Source of the DNA: Candidatus Falkowbacteria bacterium
GTDB taxonomy: Bacteria; Patescibacteriota; Patescibacteriia; CAIXNZ01
Length of the DNA stretch: 64,000 nt
Assembly (NCBI GenBank): GCA_963774955.1
Contig: CAVZGV010000003.1
Coordinates: 192,771 to 256,770 of the forward strand
Reading direction: 5' to 3'
Numbering within the stretch: position 1 is the stretch's first letter; every line of letters starts with the position of its first letter. Under the pieces are notes generated by a model. It did no database searches. It worked only from the letters and a program-made list of their open reading frames with translations, and was not told the origin of the DNA. Below are positions 45,571-54,124 of this stretch, in pieces. A program made the translations under genes and the position numbers.

Positions 45571-47774
45571 TGATGAAGGAAAAATTGATATATTTTTATG
45601 TGGTCGCGCCCAGAATCTGGCGGGATTATATTGAACAGCAGGTGACGGCCCAATTTTCTGAAGCCATGGTTGAAGAGGTCGAGGATTATAATATTTTTCG
45701 GCCAACCGGTGTTGTTGTCGGTTCAATGCTGAAATTTAAAAAAGAATATATATTTCCCATCAAGACTTATAAAAAACTGGAAACAGATTCGCTCAATGCC
45801 TTAACAAATGCCTTGAGCAAATTGGATGTCGATGCTGGCGCTGCCATCCAGTATATTGTCCGTTCAGCTAATCCTGAATGGCATAAATGGGGGCAAAAAA
45901 CAGCCTTCGAAGCCTATCAGGGCAAGAAATTAGGCGATGCCATTAATAAGGCACGTAAAGGGTTTTCTTTGGAAAAGTTTAATGATGTTTTAAAGGACGC
46001 AGGCTTGATCAGCAGCAAAAAACCTGAAGGTCAGGAGCCACCAAAGAATTATCAACTTTCTGATTTTGAGAAAGAAACAATTAAGGGTATTGAAGAAAAG
46101 GCAGCCAAAGGCGGTGTCGAAGTAAATATCCGCGTGATTGTTTCAGCCCCGAATAAGGAAAAGGCTAATGAATATTTGGACAATATTTTGAACAGTTTTG
46201 GTCAATTTAATATTTATGAATACGGTAATGCTTTTAAACGGTATAAACGCAACAAAGATAAATTAATTTCTGATTTTATTTTTCGTGAATTTGATGAGTA
46301 TGCCAAGATGATTATGAATACGGAAGAAATAACTTCTTTATTTCACTTTCCATCGGGCCATGTTGAAACTCCCAATATTGTTTGGTTGGCAGCCAAAAAG
46401 ATTTCTCCGCCAGCTGAATTGCCGACTGAAGGTTGTTTGGTCGGTTACAATGATTTTCGTAATATGTACCGTGATATTTATTTAACGGACGAGGATAGAC
46501 GTCGTCATGTTTACATCATTGGGCAAACCGGTACCGGTAAATCTCAATTGCAGATTAATATGGTTATACAGGATATGGTTAATGGTAAGGGGTTATGTTT
46601 TATTGATCCTCATGGTGATACGATTGACAGCATTTTGGAATTTGTGCCCAAGGAAAGGGCAGAAGATGTGATTATTTTTGATCCCTCAGATATAGAGCGT
46701 CCGGTTGCCTTGAATATGATGGAATTTGAGCGGCCGGAACAGAAAGGCTTGGTTATCAATGAAATGATGAATATTTTTGATAAATTGTATGATTTGAAAT
46801 CAACCGGCGGTCCTATTTTTGAACAGTACATGAGAAATACCATGCTTTTGATGATGGAAGATCCAGAATCAGGTTCTACCTTGCTGGAAGTATCCAAAGT
46901 TTTGTCGGATTCTGATTTTAGGAAATACAAATTAACTAAAGCTAAAACTCAGGTGGTTAAAGATTTCTGGGAAAAAGAAGCTGAAAAAGCAGGCGGTGAG
47001 GCATCTTTGGCTAATATGGTTCCTTATATTACTTCCAAGCTGACTTCTTTTATTGCCAATGATATAATGCGTCCGATTGTTTCTCAGCAAAAAAGCGCCT
47101 TTAGTTTCAGGGAAGCCATGGATCAGCGAAAAATTATTATGGTTAAACTGTCTAAAGGTTTAATCGGCGAAATCAATGCCAATTTGCTCGGTATGGTTAT
47201 TGTCGGTAAAATTTTGCTGGCCGCCTTATGCCGGGTTGATCAGCCGGAAAAAGATAGACAGGATTTTTATTTGTATATTGATGAATTTCAGAACTTCTTA
47301 ACTGAAGGTATTCAGGTAATTTTATCTGAAGCCAGGAAATACCGTTTGTGCTTGACCATTGCCCATCAGTTCATCGGTCAATTGGTGAAAAATAATGATA
47401 CCAAATTTAAGGATGCGATTTTCGGCAACGTCGGTACCATGATTGCTTTTCGTATTGGTGTCGAAGATGCCGAACTTTTTGCCAAGCAATTTACACCTGT
47501 AATTAATCAGTTTGACGTCATGAATGTGCCTAATTTCTTGGGCTATATGAAACCATTGATTAACGGTAAAACAGTTGATCCCTTTAGTTTTCACATAACC
47601 GCATTTGAAAAACGTCCTCAGGCCAATAAACAACTGGCCGCTGCCATTAAAGAATTATCACGTTTGAAATACGGACGAGACAGGAATATTGTTGAGGCGG
47701 AAATTATTGAAAGAACTCGAACAGCTGGTGCCCAGACACCGGCTGAAGATGCAGAAGAGGACTTCTTCGCATAA
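45537..47774 (+). CDS. VirD4/TraD/TrwB-like coupling-protein-type P-loop ATPase (T4SS DNA-binding/HerA-FtsK superfamily)
   Basis: Walker A IIGQTGTGKSQL. FIDPHGD motif typical of TraG/VirD4-type proteins. Walker B DFYLYIDEFQNF. Confidence 0.6.
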   Translation: MPRNDHFSFEIVMKEKLIYFYVVAPRIWRDYIEQQVTAQFSEAMVEEVEDYNIFRPTGVVVGSMLKFKKEYIFPIKTYKKLETDSLNALTNALSKLDVDAGAAIQYIVRSANPEWHKWGQKTAFEAYQGKKLGDAINKARKGFSLEKFNDVLKDAGLISSKKPEGQEPPKNYQLSDFEKETIKGIEEKAAKGGVEVNIRVIVSAPNKEKANEYLDNILNSFGQFNIYEYGNAFKRYKRNKDKLISDFIFREFDEYAKMIMNTEEITSLFHFPSGHVETPNIVWLAAKKISPPAELPTEGCLVGYNDFRNMYRDIYLTDEDRRRHVYIIGQTGTGKSQLQINMVIQDMVNGKGLCFIDPHGDTIDSILEFVPKERAEDVIIFDPSDIERPVALNMMEFERPEQKGLVINEMMNIFDKLYDLKSTGGPIFEQYMRNTMLLMMEDPESGSTLLEVSKVLSDSDFRKYKLTKAKTQVVKDFWEKEAEKAGGEASLANMVPYITSKLTSFIANDIMRPIVSQQKSAFSFREAMDQRKIIMVKLSKGLIGEINANLLGMVIVGKILLAALCRVDQPEKDRQDFYLYIDEFQNFLTEGIQVILSEARKYRLCLTIAHQFIGQLVKNNDTKFKDAIFGNVGTMIAFRIGVEDAELFAKQFTPVINQFDVMNVPNFLGYMKPLINGKTVDPFSFHITAFEKRPQANKQLAAAIKELSRLKYGRDRNIVEAEIIERTRTAGAQTPAEDAEEDFFA

Positions 47775-47860
47775 CTACAGATTACAGATTTTTACAGATA
47801 TACGAAGTACTTAAAGGTACCCTCGCCATCTGTATATCTGTATGTATCTGTAATCTGTAG
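47775..47860. repeat. Long inverted repeat: perfect 15-bp arms ctacagattacagat / atctgtaatctgtag plus inner tacagatata / tatatctgta arms around an about 27-nt loop
   Basis: Read directly from the sequence. Begins 1 nt after the ATPase stop. No T-run follows. Confidence 0.7.
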
Positions 47861-47905
47861 AAGTTAGAGTTATAATCCAACTAACATTTAATCCATAATA
47901 TGTCC

Positions 47906-47968
47906 GGCCTCCTACGCTTCCGCCTTAGCTCCTTAAGAGCTAAGGCGGATAAAAAAGCTTCGGAGGCC
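47906..47968. ncRNA. GC-rich nested hairpin (ggcctcc..[cgccttagctc-cttaa-gagctaaggcg]..ggaggcc); candidate small structured RNA or terminator-like element
   Basis: Nested perfect stems in an otherwise AT-rich intergenic region. Confidence 0.25.
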
Positions 47969-48018
47969 AGAGGGTCAAGTTATTAAGTAAATTTCAAATA
48001 GTAAATAAATTACAACCT

Positions 48019-48603
48019 ATGAAAAACAAAAACCAAGATACGGAATCAATTTTTATTACCAAAAGCAAATTTTTATTATTACGCAAAATATTGCAGAACG
48101 TTCATGAGAATTTGGGCAAGGTTATTCAGATTTTAGAATCAGAACCGGAAAATTTTGATGGTTTTGAGGATTCTTTGAGTGGAATTTCCCAGTCATTAGG
48201 AGAAATCAGCAGAGATTTAGACGTGGCGGGGGATGGACGAGTTATTGAAGGGGTCTTTGATGGAGAAAAAATGATTGCCAGTGACGGACAGGAATATAGT
48301 ATTCCGGCTAATTATGCTTCGAAGTCAAAATTAGTTGAAGGCGATATTTTGAAACTATCCATAAATAAACGCGGTGACTTTTTATACAAACAAATCGGGC
48401 CGGTTGAACGCAAAAAGATTATCGGCACTTTGGGTCTGGACAAAAACGGTGATTTTTTTGTGGCCGCTGATAAGAAAAAATGGAAAGTTATTTCCGCCAG
48501 CGTAACCTATTTCAAGGGACAGCCTGGTGATGAAGTTGTGATCTTGGTACCCCAAGACGCTACCAGTAAATGGGCAGCTGTTGAAAATGTAGTTAAAAAG
48601 TAA
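48019..48603 (+). CDS. Hypothetical protein (194 aa)
   Basis: ORF only. Confidence 0.45.
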   Translation: MKNKNQDTESIFITKSKFLLLRKILQNVHENLGKVIQILESEPENFDGFEDSLSGISQSLGEISRDLDVAGDGRVIEGVFDGEKMIASDGQEYSIPANYASKSKLVEGDILKLSINKRGDFLYKQIGPVERKKIIGTLGLDKNGDFFVAADKKKWKVISASVTYFKGQPGDEVVILVPQDATSKWAAVENVVKK

Positions 48604-48660
48604 AAAACACGGATTTTATTCACGGATTACACAGATAATTAATAATTAATATAATTATTT

Positions 48661-49305
48661 ATGAAAAAATTATTTTTTATTGTCATCTGTATCGCCATTG
48701 TTTTGTGCGTTAATGTTGTGAGCGCCGGAGCCCAAAATGGTGATGCCAATAGCGCTGTTACAAATATAAATTCAGTCAATGGTAATGGCGTTGAGGCCGG
48801 TCTTTTGCCTGATTCACCCTTTTATTTTCTCAAGGCATTATGGGAAAAAGTCAGGGAAACATTTACCTTAAGAAGCGAAGCTAAATTGCAGTACATGGAA
48901 AAACTTGGAGAGAAGAGAACTGCCGAGGCTGAAAAATTAATTGCCAAAGGCAAAACTGATGTCGCTGAAAAAGTAATGACTAAGTATAGTGAACGACTGC
49001 AAAAAATTGAGGCTTTGATTCAGAAGAAGGGAGAAAAATTGGATGAGAAATTAAATGCCACTCAGGAGCGGATTCAAAACAGATTTGAACATCGCAACGA
49101 GGTTTTACAGCGAGTTATGGATAAAGCGCCAGAGTCTGCACAGAAAGGGTTACAAAGAGCCTTGGATAATTCAAAAACCCAATTGCAAAGTCTGGAAGCC
49201 AGAATTCAGGATCGGATCCAAAAGCGAGATCAGCGAAATCAGCAGCTGAGGGGAAGATTAAACAATCAGAACGAGAATGATAATGTGAATGAAGTAGAAG
49301 ATTAA
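48661..49305 (+). CDS. Secreted coiled-coil protein (214 aa)
   Basis: Signal peptide MKKLFFIVICIAIVLCVNVVSAGA. Gln/Lys/Glu-rich helical remainder. Confidence 0.5.
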   Translation: MKKLFFIVICIAIVLCVNVVSAGAQNGDANSAVTNINSVNGNGVEAGLLPDSPFYFLKALWEKVRETFTLRSEAKLQYMEKLGEKRTAEAEKLIAKGKTDVAEKVMTKYSERLQKIEALIQKKGEKLDEKLNATQERIQNRFEHRNEVLQRVMDKAPESAQKGLQRALDNSKTQLQSLEARIQDRIQKRDQRNQQLRGRLNNQNENDNVNEVED

Positions 49306-49390
49306 TATAAAAGGAAAGCCGTTAGTTACTAAAATTAGCGGCTTTTTTGATACTTGATTTTCTGGACAGATTAGCTTAAAATGTACCTAT

Positions 49391-51106
49391 ATGAGTTTAG
49401 CATTATATCGAAAATATAGGCCGCAGAGGTGGGAGGAGCTGACCGGTCAGAATCATATTAAAATAACTTTGCAGCATGAAATTGAAGCAGGGAAGGTTAG
49501 TCATGCTTATCTTTTTACTGGTCCTCGGGGTATCGGTAAGACTACAACGGCACGTTTATTAGCCAAGTCTGTAAATTGTGAAAATCGTCAAGAGGGAATA
49601 AGCGAACCCTGCAATAAATGTGATGCTTGTTTAGAGTTAACCGCCGGTAATGACTTGGATATATTGGAGATTGATGCAGCCACTCATACTCAGGTAGATA
49701 ATGTACGTGAAAATATTATCGCCAATGCGCGCTTTACGCCGGTCAAAAGAAAATTTAAGGTTTTTATCATTGATGAAGTCCACATGCTGTCAATTTCGGC
49801 CTTTAACGCTTTGCTGAAGATTTTGGAAGAACCGCCGGCTCATGCTATTTTTATTTTGGCTACGACTGAAATTCATAAAGTCCCGGCTACGATAATTTCC
49901 CGCTGCCAGCGTTTTGATTTTAAAAAAGTTAATGCTGATGATCTTTTAAAACGCTTGTCTTGGATGTGCCAGCAGGAAGGGATAAAAGTAAGCAAAGATG
50001 TATTAATTGAAGTTAGTCGCCATAGCGAGGGTTCTTTGCGTGACGCTGAAAGTTTATTGGGTCAGCTTTTAGCTTTGGGTGAAAAGGAAATTACCGCAGA
50101 AGAAGCCAGTTTGGTTTTGCCTCATTCCAATTATAATTTGGTTTTAGAGCTGGTTAATGAATTAGTGGCTAAAAATATTGAAACCAGCCTTACCTTGGTT
50201 AATAAATTGGCGGATGAAGGCATTGATTTGGTTAAATTTTCTGAAGATTTGGTGGAATTTTTGCGGAAAATAATGTTAAGCAAAATATCAGGGGGCTTAA
50301 AGTCTTTCTCTTTTGATTTGGACGATGTCATGGAAAAGGCCATTTTAGAATTAAGTAAGAAATTTGAGATTAATGACCTTTTGCGCTTGATAAATCTGTT
50401 TATAAATAAAAAATCAGAGATAAAATCAGCGGTTATTCCGCAATTGCCGCTGGAAATTGCCATAATTGAATATTGCCAGAAAGAGGAACAAGCAGGGCCA
50501 GGCGGGAAAGACGGAAAGGACGGTGGGGCAGGTTCCTCCGGAGGAGATGGCGGGGGCGGTAAATCATTTGAGACAAAGAAGGTGCCCTCCTTCGCTCCCG
50601 GCGAAGCGGCGGAGGATAAAGTGAATAAAAGTCAAGAAAGTGGCATAAGTAATGCCACTTTAAAAAATGAAAATTCTATAGCCAGCCTTAAAAATATTAA
50701 GAAAATTGAAACAACTCTTGACGAAATTAAATCCAAATGGCATAATTTTTTAGTAAAGCTTCAGGATTCCAATGCATCCTTGGTTTTTATATTAAAAGTG
50801 GCAGAGCCTTTGGAGTTGAATGATAATGTATTAAAAATCGGGTTTAAGTATGCTTTTCATCAGCAAAGAGTTAAGCAGAAAAAGATTTCAGACGCGATTG
50901 AAAGTTTTTTGCTGAATTTTTTTGGAGAAGAAATTTATATTGAAACATGTTTGTTGTCTAAAGATCATGAAAGTGAAATAATCAAACAGGAAACTAAAAA
51001 TGACGAAGTGGAAATGCTAGAGGAATTACCGCCAAACCAAGCTCTTGACCAGCAGACACTTATTGATACCTTGGTTAAAACTTTTAACGGTAAGGTTGTT
51101 GAATAA
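49391..51106 (+). CDS. dnaX: DNA polymerase III subunit gamma/tau
   Basis: HAYLFTGPRGIGKTTTARLLAKSVNCEN (Walker A plus zinc module CNKCDAC), FIIDEVHML, SRCQRF. Confidence 0.9.
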   Translation: MSLALYRKYRPQRWEELTGQNHIKITLQHEIEAGKVSHAYLFTGPRGIGKTTTARLLAKSVNCENRQEGISEPCNKCDACLELTAGNDLDILEIDAATHTQVDNVRENIIANARFTPVKRKFKVFIIDEVHMLSISAFNALLKILEEPPAHAIFILATTEIHKVPATIISRCQRFDFKKVNADDLLKRLSWMCQQEGIKVSKDVLIEVSRHSEGSLRDAESLLGQLLALGEKEITAEEASLVLPHSNYNLVLELVNELVAKNIETSLTLVNKLADEGIDLVKFSEDLVEFLRKIMLSKISGGLKSFSFDLDDVMEKAILELSKKFEINDLLRLINLFINKKSEIKSAVIPQLPLEIAIIEYCQKEEQAGPGGKDGKDGGAGSSGGDGGGGKSFETKKVPSFAPGEAAEDKVNKSQESGISNATLKNENSIASLKNIKKIETTLDEIKSKWHNFLVKLQDSNASLVFILKVAEPLELNDNVLKIGFKYAFHQQRVKQKKISDAIESFLLNFFGEEIYIETCLLSKDHESEIIKQETKNDEVEMLEELPPNQALDQQTLIDTLVKTFNGKVVE

Positions 51107-51120
51107 TTTGTAGGCAAAAC

Positions 51121-51175
51121 TCGGGGATCGTCTAATGGTAGGACAACAGGTTCTGGACCTGTTTATCGGGGTTCG
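51121..51175 (+). pseudogene. Truncated tRNA-Gln 5' fragment (positions 1-57, broken in the T-loop after TTCG), copy 1
   Basis: Identical to the 5' part of the intact tRNA at 52303. Followed by ccacgtcatccgacgtgg and ccctgtcgaatgacaggg hairpins instead of the T-arm 3' strand. Confidence 0.75.
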
Positions 51176-51234
51176 CCACGTCATCCGACGTGGCGCCCTG
51201 TCGAATGACAGGGCGAATCCTCTCACTTTAAATT

Positions 51235-51507
51235 ATGTATTATTTATATATCCTTTTATTAAATAACAAGCAGTTATATACTGGCTATACCAATGATTTA
51301 AAACGGAGAATAAAGGAGCATCAATTGGGCAAGGTTGATTTTACCAGCCAAAGATTACCAGTTAAGTTAATACATTATGAGGCTTATTTATTGAAGGAAG
51401 ATGCAGTAAGGCGAGAGAAGTATTTGAAAACTACGGAAGGAAAAAGGTTTTTAAAGCAACAAATAAGGGATCTTTTAATTAAAGAGGGAGTTATTGAAGA
51501 TTTGTAG
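51235..51507 (+). CDS. GIY-YIG nuclease-family small protein (90 aa), copy 1
   Basis: MYYLYILLLNNKQLYTGYTNDLKRRIKEH matches the GIY-YIG motif (Y-x-Y-I-L...Y-x-G...DL-x-RR-x-x-EH). Confidence 0.75.
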   Translation: MYYLYILLLNNKQLYTGYTNDLKRRIKEHQLGKVDFTSQRLPVKLIHYEAYLLKEDAVRREKYLKTTEGKRFLKQQIRDLLIKEGVIEDL

Positions 51508-51514
51508 GCAATGT

Positions 51515-51569
51515 TCGGGGATCGTCTAATGGTAGGACAACAGGTTCTGGACCTGTTTATCGGGGTTCG
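51515..51569 (+). pseudogene. Truncated tRNA-Gln 5' fragment, copy 2
   Basis: As copy 1, offset by 394 bp. Confidence 0.75.
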
Positions 51570-51628
51570 CCACGTCATCCGACGTGGCGCCCTGTCGAAT
51601 GACAGGGCGAATCCTCTCACTTTAAATT

Positions 51629-51901
51629 ATGTATTATTTATATATCCTTTTATTAAATAACAAGCAGTTATATACTGGCTATACCAATGATTTAAAACGG
51701 AGAATAAAGGAGCATCAATTGGGCAAGGTTGATTTTACCAGCCAAAGATTACCAGTTAAGTTAATACATTATGAGGCTTATTTATTGAAGGAAGATGCAG
51801 TAAGGCGAGAGAAGTATTTGAAAACTACGGAAGGGAAAAGGTTTTTAAAGCAACAAATAAGGGATCTTTTAATTAAAGAGGGAGTTATTAAAAATTTGTA
51901 G
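51629..51901 (+). CDS. GIY-YIG nuclease-family small protein, copy 2
   Basis: Identical to copy 3. Differs from copy 1 only at the C-terminus. Confidence 0.75.
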   Translation: MYYLYILLLNNKQLYTGYTNDLKRRIKEHQLGKVDFTSQRLPVKLIHYEAYLLKEDAVRREKYLKTTEGKRFLKQQIRDLLIKEGVIKNL

Positions 51902-51908
51902 GCAATGT

Positions 51909-51963
51909 TCGGGGATCGTCTAATGGTAGGACAACAGGTTCTGGACCTGTTTATCGGGGTTCG
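51909..51963 (+). pseudogene. Truncated tRNA-Gln 5' fragment, copy 3
   Basis: As copy 1, offset by 788 bp. Confidence 0.75.
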
Positions 51964-52022
51964 CCACGTCATCCGACGTGGCGCCCTGTCGAATGACAGG
52001 GCGAATCCTCTCACTTTAAATT

Positions 52023-52295
52023 ATGTATTATTTATATATCCTTTTATTAAATAACAAGCAGTTATATACTGGCTATACCAATGATTTAAAACGGAGAATA
52101 AAGGAGCATCAATTGGGCAAGGTTGATTTTACCAGCCAAAGATTACCAGTTAAGTTAATACATTATGAGGCTTATTTATTGAAGGAAGATGCAGTAAGGC
52201 GAGAGAAGTATTTGAAAACTACGGAAGGGAAAAGGTTTTTAAAGCAACAAATAAGGGATCTTTTAATTAAAGAGGGAGTTATTAAAAATTTGTAG
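52023..52295 (+). CDS. GIY-YIG nuclease-family small protein, copy 3
   Basis: As above. Confidence 0.75.
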   Translation: MYYLYILLLNNKQLYTGYTNDLKRRIKEHQLGKVDFTSQRLPVKLIHYEAYLLKEDAVRREKYLKTTEGKRFLKQQIRDLLIKEGVIKNL

Positions 52296-52302
52296 GCAAT
52301 GT

Positions 52303-52373
52303 TCGGGGATCGTCTAATGGTAGGACAACAGGTTCTGGACCTGTTTATCGGGGTTCGAATCCCTGTCCCCGAG
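52303..52373 (+). tRNA. tRNA-Gln (anticodon CTG), intact, no encoded CCA
   Basis: Manually folded cloverleaf. Acceptor TCGGGGA/TCCCCGA. D-arm GTCT-AATGGTA-GGAC. Anticodon arm ACAGG-TTCTGGA-CCTGT. Variable loop TTAT. T-arm CGGGG-TTCGAAT-CCCTG. Discriminator G. Confidence 0.8.
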
Positions 52374-52384
52374 CTTTGTCTATA

Positions 52385-52425
52385 AAAGAAAAAGAGTCCC
52401 GCTACGCGGGACTCTTTGGTTTTTA
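52385..52425. terminator. Bidirectional terminator between tRNA-Gln and the convergent minus-strand operon
   Basis: agagtcccgc-tac-gcgggactct hairpin with a T-run. Confidence 0.7.
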
Positions 52426-54108
52426 CTTGAGGGCTTTCAGCAATTTCTTCTTGAGATTGAGAAAACCTGATTTGGTGTAAGCATTTTGTACAGCTTCTTT
52501 GAAAAGATCGCTGTAAAAAGGCTTGGCACATTTTTCAAAGTCTGTGACTTCTTTATCTCGGTAATACTCGGCTGTCTTGAGAATGCGTTCCCAAAGCAGC
52601 TGTTCGGTTTCTTTGGCGCTGAAGCCGATTTCCCGATAAAACTTTCTCATCCGTTCAAAGATGACGGGGCCGTGAATCGTTTCCATCAGATTCCACATCT
52701 TTGGCCAGCTTGATAAAGGTACGAATAGGATGTGTGCGTCAACGCTTACATCTCTTTGGTTCAGGACACTCTCTGGAGTGAAAATATTTTCCAGGAGATA
52801 GTCGCGAAGTATTTTGTTTTTGCTCATGATTTCCAAGAGCAGATTGCCCGGTAATTTCTCAAAGGCATAGAGTAGCAGGGACTCATGGTGCTGGGCAAGA
52901 ATATCAGCGATTATTTCGCTTTGAAATTCGCTTTCTAAAACATCCTGCAATGTATCCCGCTTCAGCTCATACCAACGCAGTTTTTGCTGCCAGGGAACAT
53001 CTTCAGCCTTGATCACGTCCAGGATATTCTCAGCGCTGAGTTTTTTCGGTTTTTCAAAAATGAGATGCAGGCAGGCCAGTCTGTCTGAAGCGTCAGTTGC
53101 CTCATACAATGAAGTGACCAGGGCATTAATGTTTCCGTCGCTATTTCCCCTAAGTAGTTCCTTGGCGGAAGTATAGCGTAACTCTGAAGTTTTGTTTAGG
53201 TCAGCCAGGATATAAAGCTGGGTATAGTATTGTTCGTAAAGTCTGCCTTCACCCTTGGCTGCCAAAATGCTTTGCAAGTAATTGATTGTTTTCAGCGTTG
53301 TCCTGATTTGCGCTTGGTGCCAAGGCTTAAGTTCATCAGGAATTCCCTGGAAGTTGCTCCATTTGGCCAGTAGTTTTTTCTTGAGTTGTTTGTCGCCAAG
53401 CTGTTCTGTGATTTTAACCAGATCTTCAGCTTCCAACGGAGCTTTGGGGGTGTCAGATACCAGCAGCGACAGATAATAAGTATCCAGCAGGATTACCGGC
53501 TTATCAGTGTCCATTTTATAGATTCCCCGTTTTCTGGCTTGGGGATTACTGGGATCAAATTTCTGCCGGAAAAACTTGAACAGCTGATGCTGGCCTTCAA
53601 ACCAAGCAATTTCTTTGTGTAGCTTCCGGAATTCCTCAAGACCGTCCCAGTTACTCGCAGGGTTGGCCAGCAGACGTTCGGAAATTTCCCGATGCCAGAT
53701 GATTTCCTTACTTTCTCCTGGCAAGCGGACTTTATTGGCATTTTTCCCGGATTTGGTCGACCATTCATTATCCTTTCGGATATTGCTGGCGGCCACATCT
53801 GAAATTTTTGTCCAGCCGGCCTGGAAAATTTCCATCAGGCTTCTGGTCTGAAGAATCATGACTGCTTTGTCCAGGTCATTATCAGAGAGCAGGTGTAAAC
53901 CAAAATTGATAATGCCCAGCACACAGTATGACGCCTGAATCAGGTAAACTTCAAAGGTTACTTTGTAGTACTTCTTGGCAAATTCATAGGTCATACCCGC
54001 CCCGTCCTTTTTCATCTTTTGTAAAAAAGAGCCCTCAAACGATCCACGTTCAAGGGCTTGAAAAAGGAGTAAGCGGGTATCTTTGCGGACAATTGCGGTA
54101 CCCGCCAT
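52423..54108 (-). CDS. Large hypothetical protein (about 561 aa), last gene of a minus-strand operon
   Basis: Start set at the ATG preceded by RBS aaaggagaaaacc (Met37 of the track ORF). Higher GC than surrounding genes. Confidence 0.55.
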   Translation of the reverse strand: MAGTAIVRKDTRLLLFQALERGSFEGSFLQKMKKDGAGMTYEFAKKYYKVTFEVYLIQASYCVLGIINFGLHLLSDNDLDKAVMILQTRSLMEIFQAGWTKISDVAASNIRKDNEWSTKSGKNANKVRLPGESKEIIWHREISERLLANPASNWDGLEEFRKLHKEIAWFEGQHQLFKFFRQKFDPSNPQARKRGIYKMDTDKPVILLDTYYLSLLVSDTPKAPLEAEDLVKITEQLGDKQLKKKLLAKWSNFQGIPDELKPWHQAQIRTTLKTINYLQSILAAKGEGRLYEQYYTQLYILADLNKTSELRYTSAKELLRGNSDGNINALVTSLYEATDASDRLACLHLIFEKPKKLSAENILDVIKAEDVPWQQKLRWYELKRDTLQDVLESEFQSEIIADILAQHHESLLLYAFEKLPGNLLLEIMSKNKILRDYLLENIFTPESVLNQRDVSVDAHILFVPLSSWPKMWNLMETIHGPVIFERMRKFYREIGFSAKETEQLLWERILKTAEYYRDKEVTDFEKCAKPFYSDLFKEAVQNAYTKSGFLNLKKKLLKALK

Positions 54109-54124
54109 GGTTTTCTCCTTTCGG

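Larger units (their letters stand above)
51121..52302 (+). repeat. Three tandem 394-bp repeat units. Each contains the 5' 55 nt of tRNA-Gln, a hairpin-rich spacer and a 90-aa GIY-YIG ORF
   Basis: Units at 51121, 51515 and 51909 are nearly identical. Differences are at the first unit's upstream junction and the first ORF's C-terminus (IEDL versus IKNL). Confidence 0.85.

Noticed and set aside
51176-51234. Insertion after tRNA position 57 read as a tRNA intron
   Set aside because: Bacterial tRNA introns are group I elements in the anticodon loop. Here the break is in the T-loop and no 3' exon follows copies 1-3. The structure is better explained as tandem duplication of a tRNA 5' segment plus a GIY-YIG cassette.
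51026-52531. Minus-strand ORFs 51026-51226, 51384-51620, 51778-52014 and 52172-52531 (MRGFALSFDRAPRRMTWRTPINRSRTCCPT...)
   Set aside because: These are antisense translations of the tRNA/hairpin spacer and the GIY-YIG genes. They are repeated only because the DNA is repeated. No independent support.
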